Shown in pieces: positions 31,479-43,256 of a DNA stretch of 64,000 nt. Below the pieces are notes generated by a model, which saw nothing but the letters and a program-made list of their open reading frames with translations, made no database searches and had not been told where the DNA came from. Position numbers and translations under genes: made by a program. Origin of the DNA: an uncultured delta proteobacterium (GTDB lineage: Bacteria > Myxococcota > UBA727 > VGSZ01); NCBI GenBank assembly GCA_963775425.1, contig CAVZJB010000011.1, positions 928,001 through 992,000 on the forward strand, written 5' to 3'. Each line of letters opens with the position of its first letter. Positions within the stretch are counted from its first letter, which is position 1.

Positions 31479-33170
31479 TCACTCGACGACGACGCCGGGG
31501 ATCGACAGCGAGATCGCGTGGGTCCCCTCGGCCTGGGTCTCCGACCAGACGCGGCCGCCGTGGGCCTCGACGATGCCCCGCGCGATGCGCAGGCCGAGCC
31601 CGGCGCTGTCGTCGGCGACGCCCACGCGCCACGGACTGGCGAGCGAGAGGGCGCGCGCGGGATCTTCGATGCGGCCCCCGGTGCTCGTCACGGTGAACAC
31701 GATGTCCCTCTCGCGCAGCGATGCGCCGACGACGACGACGCCGTCGGGGCCGAGCCCATCCATGGACCACGCCACGGCGTTTCGGATCGCCTGCAGCACG
31801 CGGTCGCGGTCGCAGCGCACCCAGGGCAGGGGCGCGTCGACGGCGCCGTCGATGCGTACGCCGCGCAGCTCCGCCTGTGCCTGCAACATGTCGACGGCGT
31901 CGCGCGCGATGACATCCGGGGCGTGGTCGTCCAGGGAGAGGTGCAAGCGCCCGGCGCGCAACGCGTTCAGATCGACGACGTCCTCGATGAGCCGCGTGAT
32001 GCGCTCGACGTTTCGATGGATGCGCTCGGCGTGCGCCCGCACGCGCTGCGCTCTCGCGTCGCCCATCTCGTCGCGCAGGAGGCTCCCCGCGGCCATGAGC
32101 ACCGCGCTCAGCGGGTTGCGCAGGTCGCGCGACACCACCGACAGAACGTCCTCTCTGGCGCGCCCGGCTTCGGCGGCGTCCCGTCGCGCCGAGGCCACGG
32201 CCTCGCGCAGGCGCACGCGCTCGAGCGCGCGCGCGGCTTGCGCCGCGAGCAGCGAGAGGAACAACGGCTCCTCCACGCGCGGCGCGACGCCCGGCGCGAC
32301 GTCGAACGCGATCAGGCCGCGCACGCGGCCGCTGGCGACGAGCGGCACGCAGATGTCTCCGGCCGCGTCGCCGTCGTGCGGCGCGGTCGCCTCGAACGGC
32401 GCCTCCTCGGCCCGCCGCACCGGCACCGCCCGGACCCGGCTGCCCGCGCCGTCGTCGATGACGAAGAAGCGCGCGCGCGCGGCCCCGGCGGGGCCGGCGG
32501 CGGCGCGGACGACGATGGCGGCGATGGAGCCGTCGTCGTGACAGCCGTCGAGCGCCGCGCTCACCGCCGCAAACCGCTCGAGCGCCGCGCGGCCTCCCGC
32601 GTCGTCGGGCGTTGAGAGCGCCGCGTCGTTTTCGAGCGACGCGTCCTGCGCCCACGCGCTGTCGGCGCCCGCCGCGCGCTTGCCGCCGGCGAGGACGCCC
32701 GTGAGCAACGTGCAGCCGCGGCGCGCACACGCCTCCGCCCAATGCGCGCCGGCGAGCGCGGCGGCGTCACGGGGGCGCGTCTGTACGTAGACGCGCACGG
32801 CGTTCCCGACGGCGTGCTCCGCGGCGCCGACGAGGAGCGCGCCTGCCTCGCGGTCGAAGCGCTTGGCGTCGGGCGCGCCGTCGACGAAGATGCTGGCGAG
32901 CAGCTCGTCGGCGTCGCGCTCGAAGATGCGCTCCTCGCGCGCGCCGTGCCGCAGCGCCGCGGCCCCCGGACGGAGCGCCGCGAGCACGCCGTCGCGCTGG
33001 CGCGCGCTTGCGACGATGACGACCGCGCCGCCCGCGCGCAGCGCCGGCCCGAGGAACGCCGCGGCGCGCGCCACAGCCGCTTCGTCGTCGTCGGCGATGA
33101 ACATGGAGTGGCGTGGCGAGACGTCGTGGCGCTCGTGCTCGATGTGGGCGTTGGTGCTGGTCGTGGTCAT
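31479..33170 (-). CDS. MEDS-GAF-HisKA/HATPase protein with degenerate catalytic motifs
   Basis: MEDS-like N-terminus; VPLVASGRVRG (GAF); H-box reads VVSRDLRNPL; GLGLRIARGIVEAHGGRVW. Confidence 0.8.
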   Translation of the reverse strand: MTTTSTNAHIEHERHDVSPRHSMFIADDDEAAVARAAAFLGPALRAGGAVVIVASARQRDGVLAALRPGAAALRHGAREERIFERDADELLASIFVDGAPDAKRFDREAGALLVGAAEHAVGNAVRVYVQTRPRDAAALAGAHWAEACARRGCTLLTGVLAGGKRAAGADSAWAQDASLENDAALSTPDDAGGRAALERFAAVSAALDGCHDDGSIAAIVVRAAAGPAGAARARFFVIDDGAGSRVRAVPVRRAEEAPFEATAPHDGDAAGDICVPLVASGRVRGLIAFDVAPGVAPRVEEPLFLSLLAAQAARALERVRLREAVASARRDAAEAGRAREDVLSVVSRDLRNPLSAVLMAAGSLLRDEMGDARAQRVRAHAERIHRNVERITRLIEDVVDLNALRAGRLHLSLDDHAPDVIARDAVDMLQAQAELRGVRIDGAVDAPLPWVRCDRDRVLQAIRNAVAWSMDGLGPDGVVVVGASLRERDIVFTVTSTGGRIEDPARALSLASPWRVGVADDSAGLGLRIARGIVEAHGGRVWSETQAEGTHAISLSIPGVVVE

Positions 33171-33276
33171 GCGCGTCCCCTCGTGGCCAAGACAACGCGC
33201 CACGCGCGCATCGTCAATCTCAGACATAGGAACCGCGCAGCGGCGGACGTGCCGCGTACGGCCAAGCGTGCTGCGA

Positions 33277-33780
33277 TCACCCGCGCGCGAGCGATGCGGC
33301 GATGCGCGCGACGTGCGTGCGCACGAAGGTGCACGCCTCGTCGTCATCGAGGGCGGCGGGCCAGAGCATCTCCATGCCGGCGCCCGCGAAAGAGAAGGGG
33401 GCGCCGCCGTTCGCAGCCGCAGGCGCGCGCGCACGATGTCCGCGGCGACGATCCGGCACGGTGGCCACGAGCGCGGTCCCTTCCACCAGCGCGCCTACGG
33501 CGGAGAACGTCGACACCGAGCAACGCACGGTGCGCGCGACGCCGAGCATGTCCTCGACGATGCCGCGCAGATCGCCGTTGTACGAGACGATGACCTGCTC
33601 GGGCGCGGAGCGCGCGCGAGGCTCGGCTTCTTGCCGAGCGTGGCGTGCCGCGGATCGAGCACGCAGCGATCGCCGCCCCGAAACAGGGTGGTCCGCCGGG
33701 TGCCCGAAGGGACGTCGTCGGCGACGGTGACGGCGACGTCGATGCTGCGCGTGCGCAGCGCCTCGGCGACCGTGCGAAAC
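33277..33780 (-). pseudogene. LysR substrate-binding-domain remnant; frameshifted, HTH missing
   Basis: FRTVAEALRTRSIDVAVTVAD, VIVSYNGDLRGIVED and MEMLWPAALDDD segments lie in shifting frames. Confidence 0.8.
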
Positions 33781-33781
33781 C

Positions 33782-33913
33782 GCCCTGGGCGCGCTCGACA
33801 AGCCGCTGTCGGCCGCCGACCTCGCCGCGCTCGAGTCACTGCTGCCGAAGGACGCGGTGGCCGGCACGCGCCACGGCGCCGAGCAGATGAAGCACCTCGA
33901 CAGCGAGCGCTGA
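33782..33913 (+). pseudogene. C-terminal remnant of an aldo/keto reductase
   Basis: ALGALDKPLSAADLAALESLLPKDAVAGTRHGAEQMKHLDSER* matches typical AKR C-termini. Confidence 0.7.
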
Positions 33914-33947
33914 TCCTTCGTGCGCGACGCGGCGGCGTGTCCGCCGC

Positions 33948-35117
33948 TCAGCCTCTGAAGGCCGCGTGGCCGGTGAGGTGCTGCCCGATGACGAGGAGGT
34001 GGATGTCGTTGGTGCCCTCGTAGGTGTAGACGGTCTCGAGGTTGCACATGTGGCGCATCACCGGGTAGTCGTCGGTGATGCCGTTGGCGCCGAGGATGTC
34101 GCGGCACGTGCGGGCGATGTCGAGCGCGCAACGCACGTTGTTCATCTTGGCCATCGACACCTGCACCGGCTCGAGCTTGCCGGCCTCCTTCAGCCGGCAG
34201 AGCTGAAGCGAGAGGAGCTGCGCCTTGGTCAGCTCCGTCGCCATGGCGGCGAGCTTGCCCTGGACGAGCTGCATGGCCGCGATGGGCTTGCCGAAGGCGA
34301 CCCGCGTCTTGGCGAACTCGAGCGCGCTCTCCAGGCACGCCGCCGCCGAGCCGAGCACGCCGAAGGCGATGCCGCCGCGCGCCTCGAAGAGGCACGACAG
34401 CGCGCTCTTGAGGCCCGCGCTCTTCGGGAGCACGTTCGCGTCGGGGACGAACACCTCTTCCATCACCAGCTCCGCGGTGTCCGAGCAGCGGAAGCTCTGC
34501 TTCTTGTCGATGGCGAGCTGTGAGAAGCCCTTCATGCCCTTCTCGAGGACGAAGCCCTTGATGGAGCGCGCGTCGTCGCCGGTCTTGGCCCAGACCACGG
34601 CGACGTCGGCGCGGGTGCCGTTGGTGATCCAGCGCTTGGTGCCGGACAGCTTGAAGCCGCCGTCGACCTGAACGGCGCGCGTGCGCATGGAGGCGGGGTC
34701 CGATCCGGCGTCGGGCTCGGTGAGGCCGAAGCAGCCGACCTTCTTGCCGGCGGCGAGGTCGGGCAGGAAGCGCTGCTTCTGTTCGTCGGAGCCGAAGGTG
34801 AAGATCGGGTGCATGCAGAGGCTGCCCTGCACCGAGACGAAGCTGCGGATGCCGCTGTCGGCGCGCTCGAGCTCCGCGAGCGCCAGCCAGTAGGACAGCG
34901 GGCCCATGCCCGCGCAGCCGTAGCCGGTGAGCGTGGCGCCGAGGAGCCCCAGCTCCGCGAAGCCGGGGACGAGATCGTGTGGGAAGGTGCCGTTCCTGTA
35001 GTGCTCGGCCACCACGGGCGCCACGCGCTTGTCCACGAAGCGGCGCACGGTGTCGCGCACGGCGCGCTCTTCGTCGGTCAGGAGGTGGTCGATGTCGAAG
35101 AGGTCGGTGGGCCGCAT
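33948..35117 (-). CDS. Acyl-CoA dehydrogenase, glutaryl-CoA dehydrogenase-like
   Basis: ELERADSGIRSFVSVQGSL, GCFGLTEPDAGSDP, KRWITNG, ILGANGI, TYEGT. Confidence 0.92.
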   Translation of the reverse strand: MRPTDLFDIDHLLTDEERAVRDTVRRFVDKRVAPVVAEHYRNGTFPHDLVPGFAELGLLGATLTGYGCAGMGPLSYWLALAELERADSGIRSFVSVQGSLCMHPIFTFGSDEQKQRFLPDLAAGKKVGCFGLTEPDAGSDPASMRTRAVQVDGGFKLSGTKRWITNGTRADVAVVWAKTGDDARSIKGFVLEKGMKGFSQLAIDKKQSFRCSDTAELVMEEVFVPDANVLPKSAGLKSALSCLFEARGGIAFGVLGSAAACLESALEFAKTRVAFGKPIAAMQLVQGKLAAMATELTKAQLLSLQLCRLKEAGKLEPVQVSMAKMNNVRCALDIARTCRDILGANGITDDYPVMRHMCNLETVYTYEGTNDIHLLVIGQHLTGHAAFRG

Positions 35118-35169
35118 CTGCCCATGAATGCGCATCGGGTGACGACGTGCAATGCGCTATTGTGTCCGC

Positions 35170-36252
35170 ATGGTTCGTTTCCTCCTGTTTGCCCAGCTCG
35201 TCGCCGCCGCGCCCGCGCTCGCCGCGGACGCCTTCCTTTGCAGCGACAGCTTCAGCGCCGGCGACAACGCCGACTTCGAGCTCGGCTTCGCGTCGGGGGA
35301 GGAAGCGGCCGTGCAGATCGCGCCGCCCGTGGACGCGTTCCCGCTCACCCTCACGAGCGCGTTCCTGTTCTACGGCCAGAACGACGACAACAACGGCTCC
35401 GTCGAGACGCTCGTGGTCTACGACGACGCCGGCGGGCTCCCCGGCACGGAGCTCGGCACCACGCAGGCGCCGCTCGTGGACTCCACGGAGCAGCTCAACC
35501 AGGTCGCGTTCAATCCGCCCCTCACCGTCGCCGGCGGACCGTTCTGGGTCTCGCTGCGCCTCACCCGCGGGGGCGACGCCCTCAACGGCGCGCCCGGGCC
35601 CGCCGCCGACGGCGCCGCCAGCGCCACGCAGAGCGCCATCTTCGCCGGCGGCCAGTGGAACGTCGCCGGTGACCTCGGCGTCACGGGCAACTGGATCATC
35701 CGCGCCGAGGCCACCACGGCCGCTGCCCAGGACGACGCCGCGTGCCGCCTCGACGGCGGCAGCATCGCCGGCGGCGAGGGAGAGGGCGAGGGCGAGGGCG
35801 ACGTCGGCGAGGGTGAAGGCGAGGGCGAAGGGGAAGGCGAGGGCGAAGGCGAAGGCGAAGGGGAAGGCGAGGGCGACGCCCCCGGCCTCACCCTGACGAG
35901 CGTGAACCCGCCGACCACGGTCGAGGGGACGGAGGTGCGCGTCACGGTCACCGGCAGCGGCTTCGTCGACGGCCTGGCGCTGCGCGTGGGATCGCTGCCG
36001 TGCACGGGGGTCGAGGTCCAAAACGACGGCGCCGCGCTCGCCACGGTGCCCGCGGGCCTCGCTGCCGGTGTGTACGACGTCATCGCGCAGCAGGGCGCCG
36101 ACCAGTTCGTGTTCCCGAGCGGCTTCACGGTGACCCCGGGCGGCGGCTGCGGCTGTGCGTCCTCGGGGGACGGTGCGCCGCTGTTCGCGTGTGGGGCCGC
36201 GCTGCTCTTCGCCGCGCGCCGTCGCCGTGCGCGCGTGCGCCGCCTGCGCTGA
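35170..36252 (+). CDS. Surface protein with (GE)n linker, IPT/TIG domain and MYXO-CTERM-type anchor
   Basis: Signal peptide; LTSVNP...VTVTGSGF; GGCGC + hydrophobic helix + RRRR. Confidence 0.85.
   Translation: MVRFLLFAQLVAAAPALAADAFLCSDSFSAGDNADFELGFASGEEAAVQIAPPVDAFPLTLTSAFLFYGQNDDNNGSVETLVVYDDAGGLPGTELGTTQAPLVDSTEQLNQVAFNPPLTVAGGPFWVSLRLTRGGDALNGAPGPAADGAASATQSAIFAGGQWNVAGDLGVTGNWIIRAEATTAAAQDDAACRLDGGSIAGGEGEGEGEGDVGEGEGEGEGEGEGEGEGEGEGEGDAPGLTLTSVNPPTTVEGTEVRVTVTGSGFVDGLALRVGSLPCTGVEVQNDGAALATVPAGLAAGVYDVIAQQGADQFVFPSGFTVTPGGGCGCASSGDGAPLFACGAALLFAARRRRARVRRLR
35773..35874. repeat. Gly-Glu repeat tract (coding)
   Basis: (ggcgag/ggcgaa)n. Confidence 0.9.
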
Positions 36253-36302
36253 CGAGGGGCGTCCGGCCTTGAGCCGCGTCGGGCATGGTGCCAATAGGCG
36301 GC

Positions 36303-38107
<1,805 letters not shown>

Positions 38108-38144
38108 CGCCGCCGCCGCCGCCGCCGTCATCGGGGCGCGCGCG

Positions 38145-38913
38145 TCACCGGCGGACGGGGACGACGAGCACGCGCCCCTCGGACACCACGAGCGCGTCGT
38201 CGCCGTCGGCGCCGATGAGGGACGACTCGGGCGGGGCCATCCACGCGGCGAGCTCCTTGCCGCTGGCGGGGTCGAGCAGCTCGAGCTCGCCGGCGTTGTC
38301 GACGACCAGCCCGCCCCGCACGAAGACCGCCGTGCTCCCGGCGAGCGGCAGCACCCGGGGCGCTCCGCGCGGCGCCGGCGTCACCAACTTAAGGCCGCGC
38401 TCCCGACGGACCACCGCGTGGCGCCCGTCGGGCGACACCCTCAACAGCTCATCGAGCCCCGGCCGCACCCCGACGTCGAGGGCGACGCCGCGCAACACCA
38501 GGTGCCCGGCCGCCACCATCGCCGGCCGATCCTTCGCGTCGACGTCGACGGCCGTCACCCGCGTCGCGATGATCGGCTCCTCGGCGGCGCCGGTGTCGAC
38601 GTCGACGCGGAACAAGCGGCCGCCGCGCACCACCCACGCGGTCGCTCCGCCCCTCGTCACGCGGGCCGGTCGCGGGACGGCGAGCCCGGCGCGCGCCCGC
38701 GCACCGTGAACGCGCCGTCGCGCTCGACGACGCGCGCCACCGAAGGCCCGGCCACGACGGTGGTGTGCGCGCGTCCGGCATGCGCACGTCGCCCGACAGG
38801 CCGGGCGCGAAGAACAGCAGCTTGCCGCCGCCGTCCCACACCCGCAGCCCGTCGATGGACACGGTGGCGACGCGGCTGCGGTCGGGCGACAGCGCCGCCG
38901 CGCGCGGCGCCAT
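38145..38913 (-). pseudogene. Frameshifted beta-propeller (WD40-like) remnant
   Basis: [11 protein letters not shown]...LRVWD and [10 protein letters not shown] motifs split over three frames. Confidence 0.6.
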
Positions 38914-38921
38914 CGGGTGCC

Positions 38922-39050
38922 GCCCTCGACTTCAACCGCGCCTACAACCCGCCGTGCGCGCTCACGCCGTTCGCCACGTGTCCGCTGCCGCGGCCGGAGA
39001 ACACGCTCGCGGTACGCGTCGCCGCCGGCGAGAAGAAGGTCGCGGAGTAG
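38922..39050 (+). pseudogene. C-terminal remnant of a DUF1684 protein
   Basis: [37 protein letters not shown]; no upstream body. Confidence 0.8.
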
Positions 39051-39108
39051 GCACGGCGGCGCGCTTGCGCGACGAGGAAGGCACGCGTCGTCTGAGGTCG
39101 GCAGATCT

Positions 39109-39873
39109 TCAGCCGAGCCGGAGCTCACCGAGTAGCGCGCGCGGCGTCGCCCCTGCGATCGCGCGGAACTCGGCGATGAGATGCGCCTGGTCGTAGTAGC
39201 CGACCTCGGCGGCGATGCTCGCCCAGCTCGCGTGCGCATCTTTGCGCGCGGCTCGCAGCGCGCGATGGAAGCGCGTGACCCTCACGAACGCCTTGGGGCT
39301 CATGCCGACGGTCTCACGGAACACGCGACGCAAGTGCCGCTCGCTCACCCCGAGGTCGTCGGCGACGGCGCTGACGCTGGCGCTCGTGAGCCTGTCAGCG
39401 GCGGCGAGCGCGAGCTGCGCGGGGGGCCGCGCCCCCGAGGTCGCGAGGCGCTCGGCGATCGCGCGCTGCAGGCGGGCTGCCGCAACACCCGTGTCGCGCG
39501 CGTCGGCGAGGTAAGCGCACAGTCGCCGCGTGGCGGCCGCGCCCCACAGATCTTCGAGCGCGACGATGCGCCCCGCCAGCGCGGAGGCAGGAACGCCGAG
39601 CAGCGCGTCCGGCGCGCCCAGGTGCAGGCGCGCGGTTACGCTCCGCTGTCCGCTGCGGACGACCTTGCGATGTGCCTTGTCCCGTGCGCCGAACGCATGC
39701 ACGTCGAGCCCGTTGTGCGCCGACGGCCCGAAACGCGCGACGAGGTGGATCTCCGGGCGCGGCATCGCGACGCGCGGCATGTCGCGGTCGCACTCGTCTA
39801 CGAACAGCGCCGCCACGGCGGACGCGGTCGACGCGATCGGCGCGATGCGTTCGTGGATTGCGCTCGTTGGCAT
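39109..39873 (-). CDS. AraC-family transcriptional regulator
   Basis: VADDLGVSERHLRRVFRETVGMSPK; IAAEVGYYDQAHL. Confidence 0.92.
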   Translation of the reverse strand: MPTSAIHERIAPIASTASAVAALFVDECDRDMPRVAMPRPEIHLVARFGPSAHNGLDVHAFGARDKAHRKVVRSGQRSVTARLHLGAPDALLGVPASALAGRIVALEDLWGAAATRRLCAYLADARDTGVAAARLQRAIAERLATSGARPPAQLALAAADRLTSASVSAVADDLGVSERHLRRVFRETVGMSPKAFVRVTRFHRALRAARKDAHASWASIAAEVGYYDQAHLIAEFRAIAGATPRALLGELRLG

Positions 39874-39974
39874 GTGACGATTCTGGGTGCGCGATCGACC
39901 ATCGCGCAAGGTCCCGCGCGCGCATGTCCGCTTCTTCCAATCTCGGGCGCGCGACGGCCGCTACGTTGTGCAGC

Positions 39975-40808
39975 ATGAAGATCCTCGTCACCGGAGCGAC
40001 CGGAAAGGTCGGCAGCCGCCTCAGTAGACGCCTCGCCCAGCGCGGTGATGACGTGCGCGCCCTGGTGCGCGACCGGGCGCGCGCCGACGACCTGCGCGAA
40101 GCGCGCGTCGAGCTCGCCGAAGGCGATCTGCTCCGGCCGGATTCACTCGCGGCCGCGGTGCGCGGCGTCGACGCCGTGGTCCACTGCGCGGCCTTCTTTC
40201 GTGGCGCGACGCCCGAGCAAGCGCACGAGGTCAATGATGTCGGCACGCGAAACCTCGCGACCGCCGCCCGCGCCGCCCTTGTCAAGCGCTTCATCTTCAC
40301 GAGCACCGGGCTGGTCTACGGCTCGAATGGTGGCCGTCTCGCGCACGAGGACGACGCGTGCGCGCCGACCGCCGCGTACCCGGTGAGCAAGCTCGTCGCC
40401 GAGCGCTTTCTCCTCGCGATCGACGGGCTCGACGTGCGCGTGCTGCGGCTGCCGTTTGTCTACGGCGACGGCGATGCGCACATCGCGGAGGCGATCGGGA
40501 TGATGCGCGGCTTCCCGCCGACGCAGCGCATGTCGATCGCGCACCACGCTGATGTCGCGCAAGCCGTCGCGCGCCTGCTCGACGCCGCGTCGCCGGCCCA
40601 TCGCATCTACAACGTGGTCGACGACGAAGCCCCCGACTTGGCCACGTTGTTCGCGTCCGTGGGCGCGCCGCCGCCCGATGGCTCTGCCGTCGAGGCCGCG
40701 CGCGCCTTCGACTGTCTGCTGGACGGTCGCCGCATCCGCGAAGACCTCGGCTTCGAGCCCACGTTCCCCCGGCTCGCGGACGCGCCGCGAGCGTTGGAAC
40801 GCGGCTGA
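39975..40808 (+). CDS. NAD-dependent epimerase/dehydratase family protein
   Basis: ILVTGATGKVG; VVHCAA; YPVSK. Confidence 0.92.
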   Translation: MKILVTGATGKVGSRLSRRLAQRGDDVRALVRDRARADDLREARVELAEGDLLRPDSLAAAVRGVDAVVHCAAFFRGATPEQAHEVNDVGTRNLATAARAALVKRFIFTSTGLVYGSNGGRLAHEDDACAPTAAYPVSKLVAERFLLAIDGLDVRVLRLPFVYGDGDAHIAEAIGMMRGFPPTQRMSIAHHADVAQAVARLLDAASPAHRIYNVVDDEAPDLATLFASVGAPPPDGSAVEAARAFDCLLDGRRIREDLGFEPTFPRLADAPRALERG

Positions 40809-40856
40809 GCGTGACGGGTGAGCGGGAGAGCGGCTCGAAGCGATCGTGTCCCGCCG

Positions 40857-41287
40857 TCACACCGGGGGCGCTAAGAACGAGCACGTGGGGCGCGCGCTCT
40901 CGTGATCCGCCGTGGCTTCGCGCGTGGTGCCGTCCGCGAGCCACACGCGCATCACGATCTGCGCGCTGCACGCCGCCGACACGGCGCGGCCGTGGCAGTC
41001 GCCGTCGCAGAACGCGGTGTCCGCGGTCCATGAAAACGGCGCCAACGCCTGATCGTCGAAGCGCGCCGCGAGCACGTACTCGCCGTTGTCGTTCGGGGCT
41101 CCCCAGTCGAAGCCGTCGGCGTCGTCGAAGATCGTTGGCGCGTCGAACACCACGTCGCGCGCGATCCACTCCACCGACGCCACGTCGAGCGACGCGTCCG
41201 CCGACGGCACCAGGTCTTCGCGTTCGTCGATGGGTCCATGGTACGCGGCGTCGAACGCGACGCCGTCGCCGAACGCGGACGTGCCTC
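40857..41287 (-). pseudogene. C-terminal part of an acidic extracellular-type protein; 5' end apparently missing
   Basis: Reading frame GGTSAFGDGVAFD...TCSFLAPPV* with no signal peptide; abuts an opposite-strand fragment. Confidence 0.4.
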
Positions 41288-41434
41288 CGTGGCGCGGCCT
41301 TCGCCATGGCCGCGACGCTCCACGCCGCGTGGCTCTTCACGATCGACGATCACGCAGCCATCGTGGAGATCGAGATGGTCATGGACCCCGCGCGCCTCGG
41401 CGGGCTCGTCGTCACCTTCGACCGCCATCACTGA
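41288..41434 (+). pseudogene. Possible C-terminal remnant of an ECF41/SigJ-type sigma factor
   Basis: GAAFA...WLFTIDDHAAIVEIEMVMDPARLGGL resembles the FTI..G.IVEI..IADP.RL end of the SnoaL-like extension. Confidence 0.5.
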
Positions 41435-41478
41435 CCGCGGCGAGCGCAGGAGAGCGGACCTGTGGTACCTCTGATCGC

Positions 41479-42240
41479 ATGCTGGCCCTGCTCCTCCTTG
41501 CCGGGACACCCGTCGCAGCGCTCCCGGCCGCCGCCGAGCCTTCCGGGCCGACGTCGTCGAGCGCGCCCTTCGAGACCATGAAGGTGCTCGTCCTCGACTT
41601 TCGGGCGGATGGCGCCGCGCCGTCGACCACGCGCGTCGTGCGCGACGAGATCGCCATCGACCTCGGCCATGACAAGCGCTTCGAGGTGCTGACCTCGGAG
41701 GACCTGCGGCGCACCGTGTCCGTCGAGTCCGATCGCGAGCAAGCCGGGTGCACGAGCGAGAGCTGCCTCGCGGAGCTCGGCGCGGCGATGGGCGCGCGCT
41801 ACATCGTCCACGGCAGCGTCGGCGTGCTCGGGAGCTCCACCGTCGTGCAGCTCAACCTCTTCGACACCAAGGCCGCGAAGGCCATCGACCGCGAGAGCGC
41901 GGAGGCCCTGTCGAAGGAGGCGCTCCTCGACGCGCTGCACGGCGCCGTGGCGCGGCTGCGTGCGCACATCGGCGGTGAGCCCGAGGGCCCGTCGCCGCTC
42001 TTCGTCACCGGCCTCGTCGGTGCCGGCGTCGGCGGCACCGCGCTCGTCGCGAGCTTGCTCGGGGTCGCGGTCACGCTGCCGACGGTGAAGAACACCACGC
42101 CGCCGGCGTCGGGCGGGCCCTCGGGCAACGACCGCGGCACGGCGCAGGTCGTCGGTGCGCTGTCCACCGTCGCCGCCGGCGTGTCCGGCGCCGTCCTCGC
42201 CGGCAGCGTCGCCGTGCTCGCCGCGGGGCTCGCCGAATGA
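41479..42240 (+). CDS. Secreted TolB-N/CsgG-like fold protein with C-terminal hydrophobic hairpin
   Basis: VLVLDF...FEVLTSEDL...GCTSESCLAELGAAMGARYIVHGSVG. Confidence 0.75.
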   Translation: MLALLLLAGTPVAALPAAAEPSGPTSSSAPFETMKVLVLDFRADGAAPSTTRVVRDEIAIDLGHDKRFEVLTSEDLRRTVSVESDREQAGCTSESCLAELGAAMGARYIVHGSVGVLGSSTVVQLNLFDTKAAKAIDRESAEALSKEALLDALHGAVARLRAHIGGEPEGPSPLFVTGLVGAGVGGTALVASLLGVAVTLPTVKNTTPPASGGPSGNDRGTAQVVGALSTVAAGVSGAVLAGSVAVLAAGLAE

Positions 42241-43253
42241 GCCCGCGCGCCACAGCTCTCGTCTGCGCCCTCTTCCTTGCCGTCGTGCTCGCGCTCGGCG
42301 CGGCCGCCTGTGAATTCTTCTCGCCGCTGGCGTGCACCGAGAGCGCGAGCTGCCCCGACAGCGCGTCCCACTGCGTCGACGGCGTGTGCGTCGCCCGCAC
42401 GGGCGAGGGTGAGGGTGAAGGCGAAGGCGAGGGTGAGGGCGAAGGCGAAGGCGAGGGTGAGGGTGAAGGCGAAGGCGAAGGTGAAGGCGAAGGCGAAGGC
42501 GAAGGCGAGGGCGAAGGCGAGGGTGAAGGTGAAGGCGAGGGCGAGGGCGAGGGCGAGGGCGAGGGCGAGGGCGAGCCGCCGCTGAACGTGCTGATCCAGG
42601 CCGTGCAAGACGGGACCGTCGATCTGGAGACCACCGTCGAGCTCGACCACGTCATCGTGACGGCGCTGGTGCGCCCCGGCAACGTGACCGTCGCGGTCCA
42701 GGAGCCGTCGGGCGTCACCTCGGGCGCGCACACGTATCCAGACTTCGCCGGCATGGAGCTGTTCGCGGCGGCCGCGGACGCGGCGTCGGTGCCGGGCCTT
42801 TCGAGCCTCTCCGTCGGGGACTGCATCGACGTCGTCGGCGTGAGCAGCGAATTCCGCGGCCAGACACAGATCGCCCCCATCTCGTCCATCACGACAGCCA
42901 CGGGCTGCGGGAGCGCGCCGGCGCCGCTCGTCGTCGACGTGGCCGACGTCGCCAGCAACGCCGCCGCCGGCGGGCCGGGGCCGAGAGCGGAGAGCCTCGA
43001 GGGCGTGCTCATCGAGCTCCAGGACGTGACCGTGCTCTCGGGAGACGAGCAGGCCTTCAAGGTCGCCTCCTCGAGCGGCGGGACGGAAGAGGTGGATGTC
43101 AACCCGTTCCTCACGGGCGGGAGCTTCACGACGCCGATCAGCGTCGGGCAGACCTTCTCGTCGCTGGTCGGCGTCTACGCCGAGTTCGACGCGCTCTCGG
43201 GCGAGAGCTTCTATTTCCTCGAGCCCCGCAGCGACGCCGACCTCACGCCGTGA
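42237..43253 (+). CDS. Lipoprotein with long (GE)n linker and OB-fold-like domains
   Basis: Lipobox AAAC; Cys-rich head; VGDCIDVVGVSSEFRGQTQI; AESLEGVLIEL; LEPRSDAD. Confidence 0.8.
   Translation: MSPRATALVCALFLAVVLALGAAACEFFSPLACTESASCPDSASHCVDGVCVARTGEGEGEGEGEGEGEGEGEGEGEGEGEGEGEGEGEGEGEGEGEGEGEGEGEGEGEGEGEPPLNVLIQAVQDGTVDLETTVELDHVIVTALVRPGNVTVAVQEPSGVTSGAHTYPDFAGMELFAAAADAASVPGLSSLSVGDCIDVVGVSSEFRGQTQIAPISSITTATGCGSAPAPLVVDVADVASNAAAGGPGPRAESLEGVLIELQDVTVLSGDEQAFKVASSSGGTEEVDVNPFLTGGSFTTPISVGQTFSSLVGVYAEFDALSGESFYFLEPRSDADLTP
42402..42575. repeat. Uninterrupted Gly-Glu repeat tract, about 29 units
   Basis: 174 bp of gg(c/t)ga(g/a). Confidence 0.95.
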
Positions 43254-43256
43254 GGC

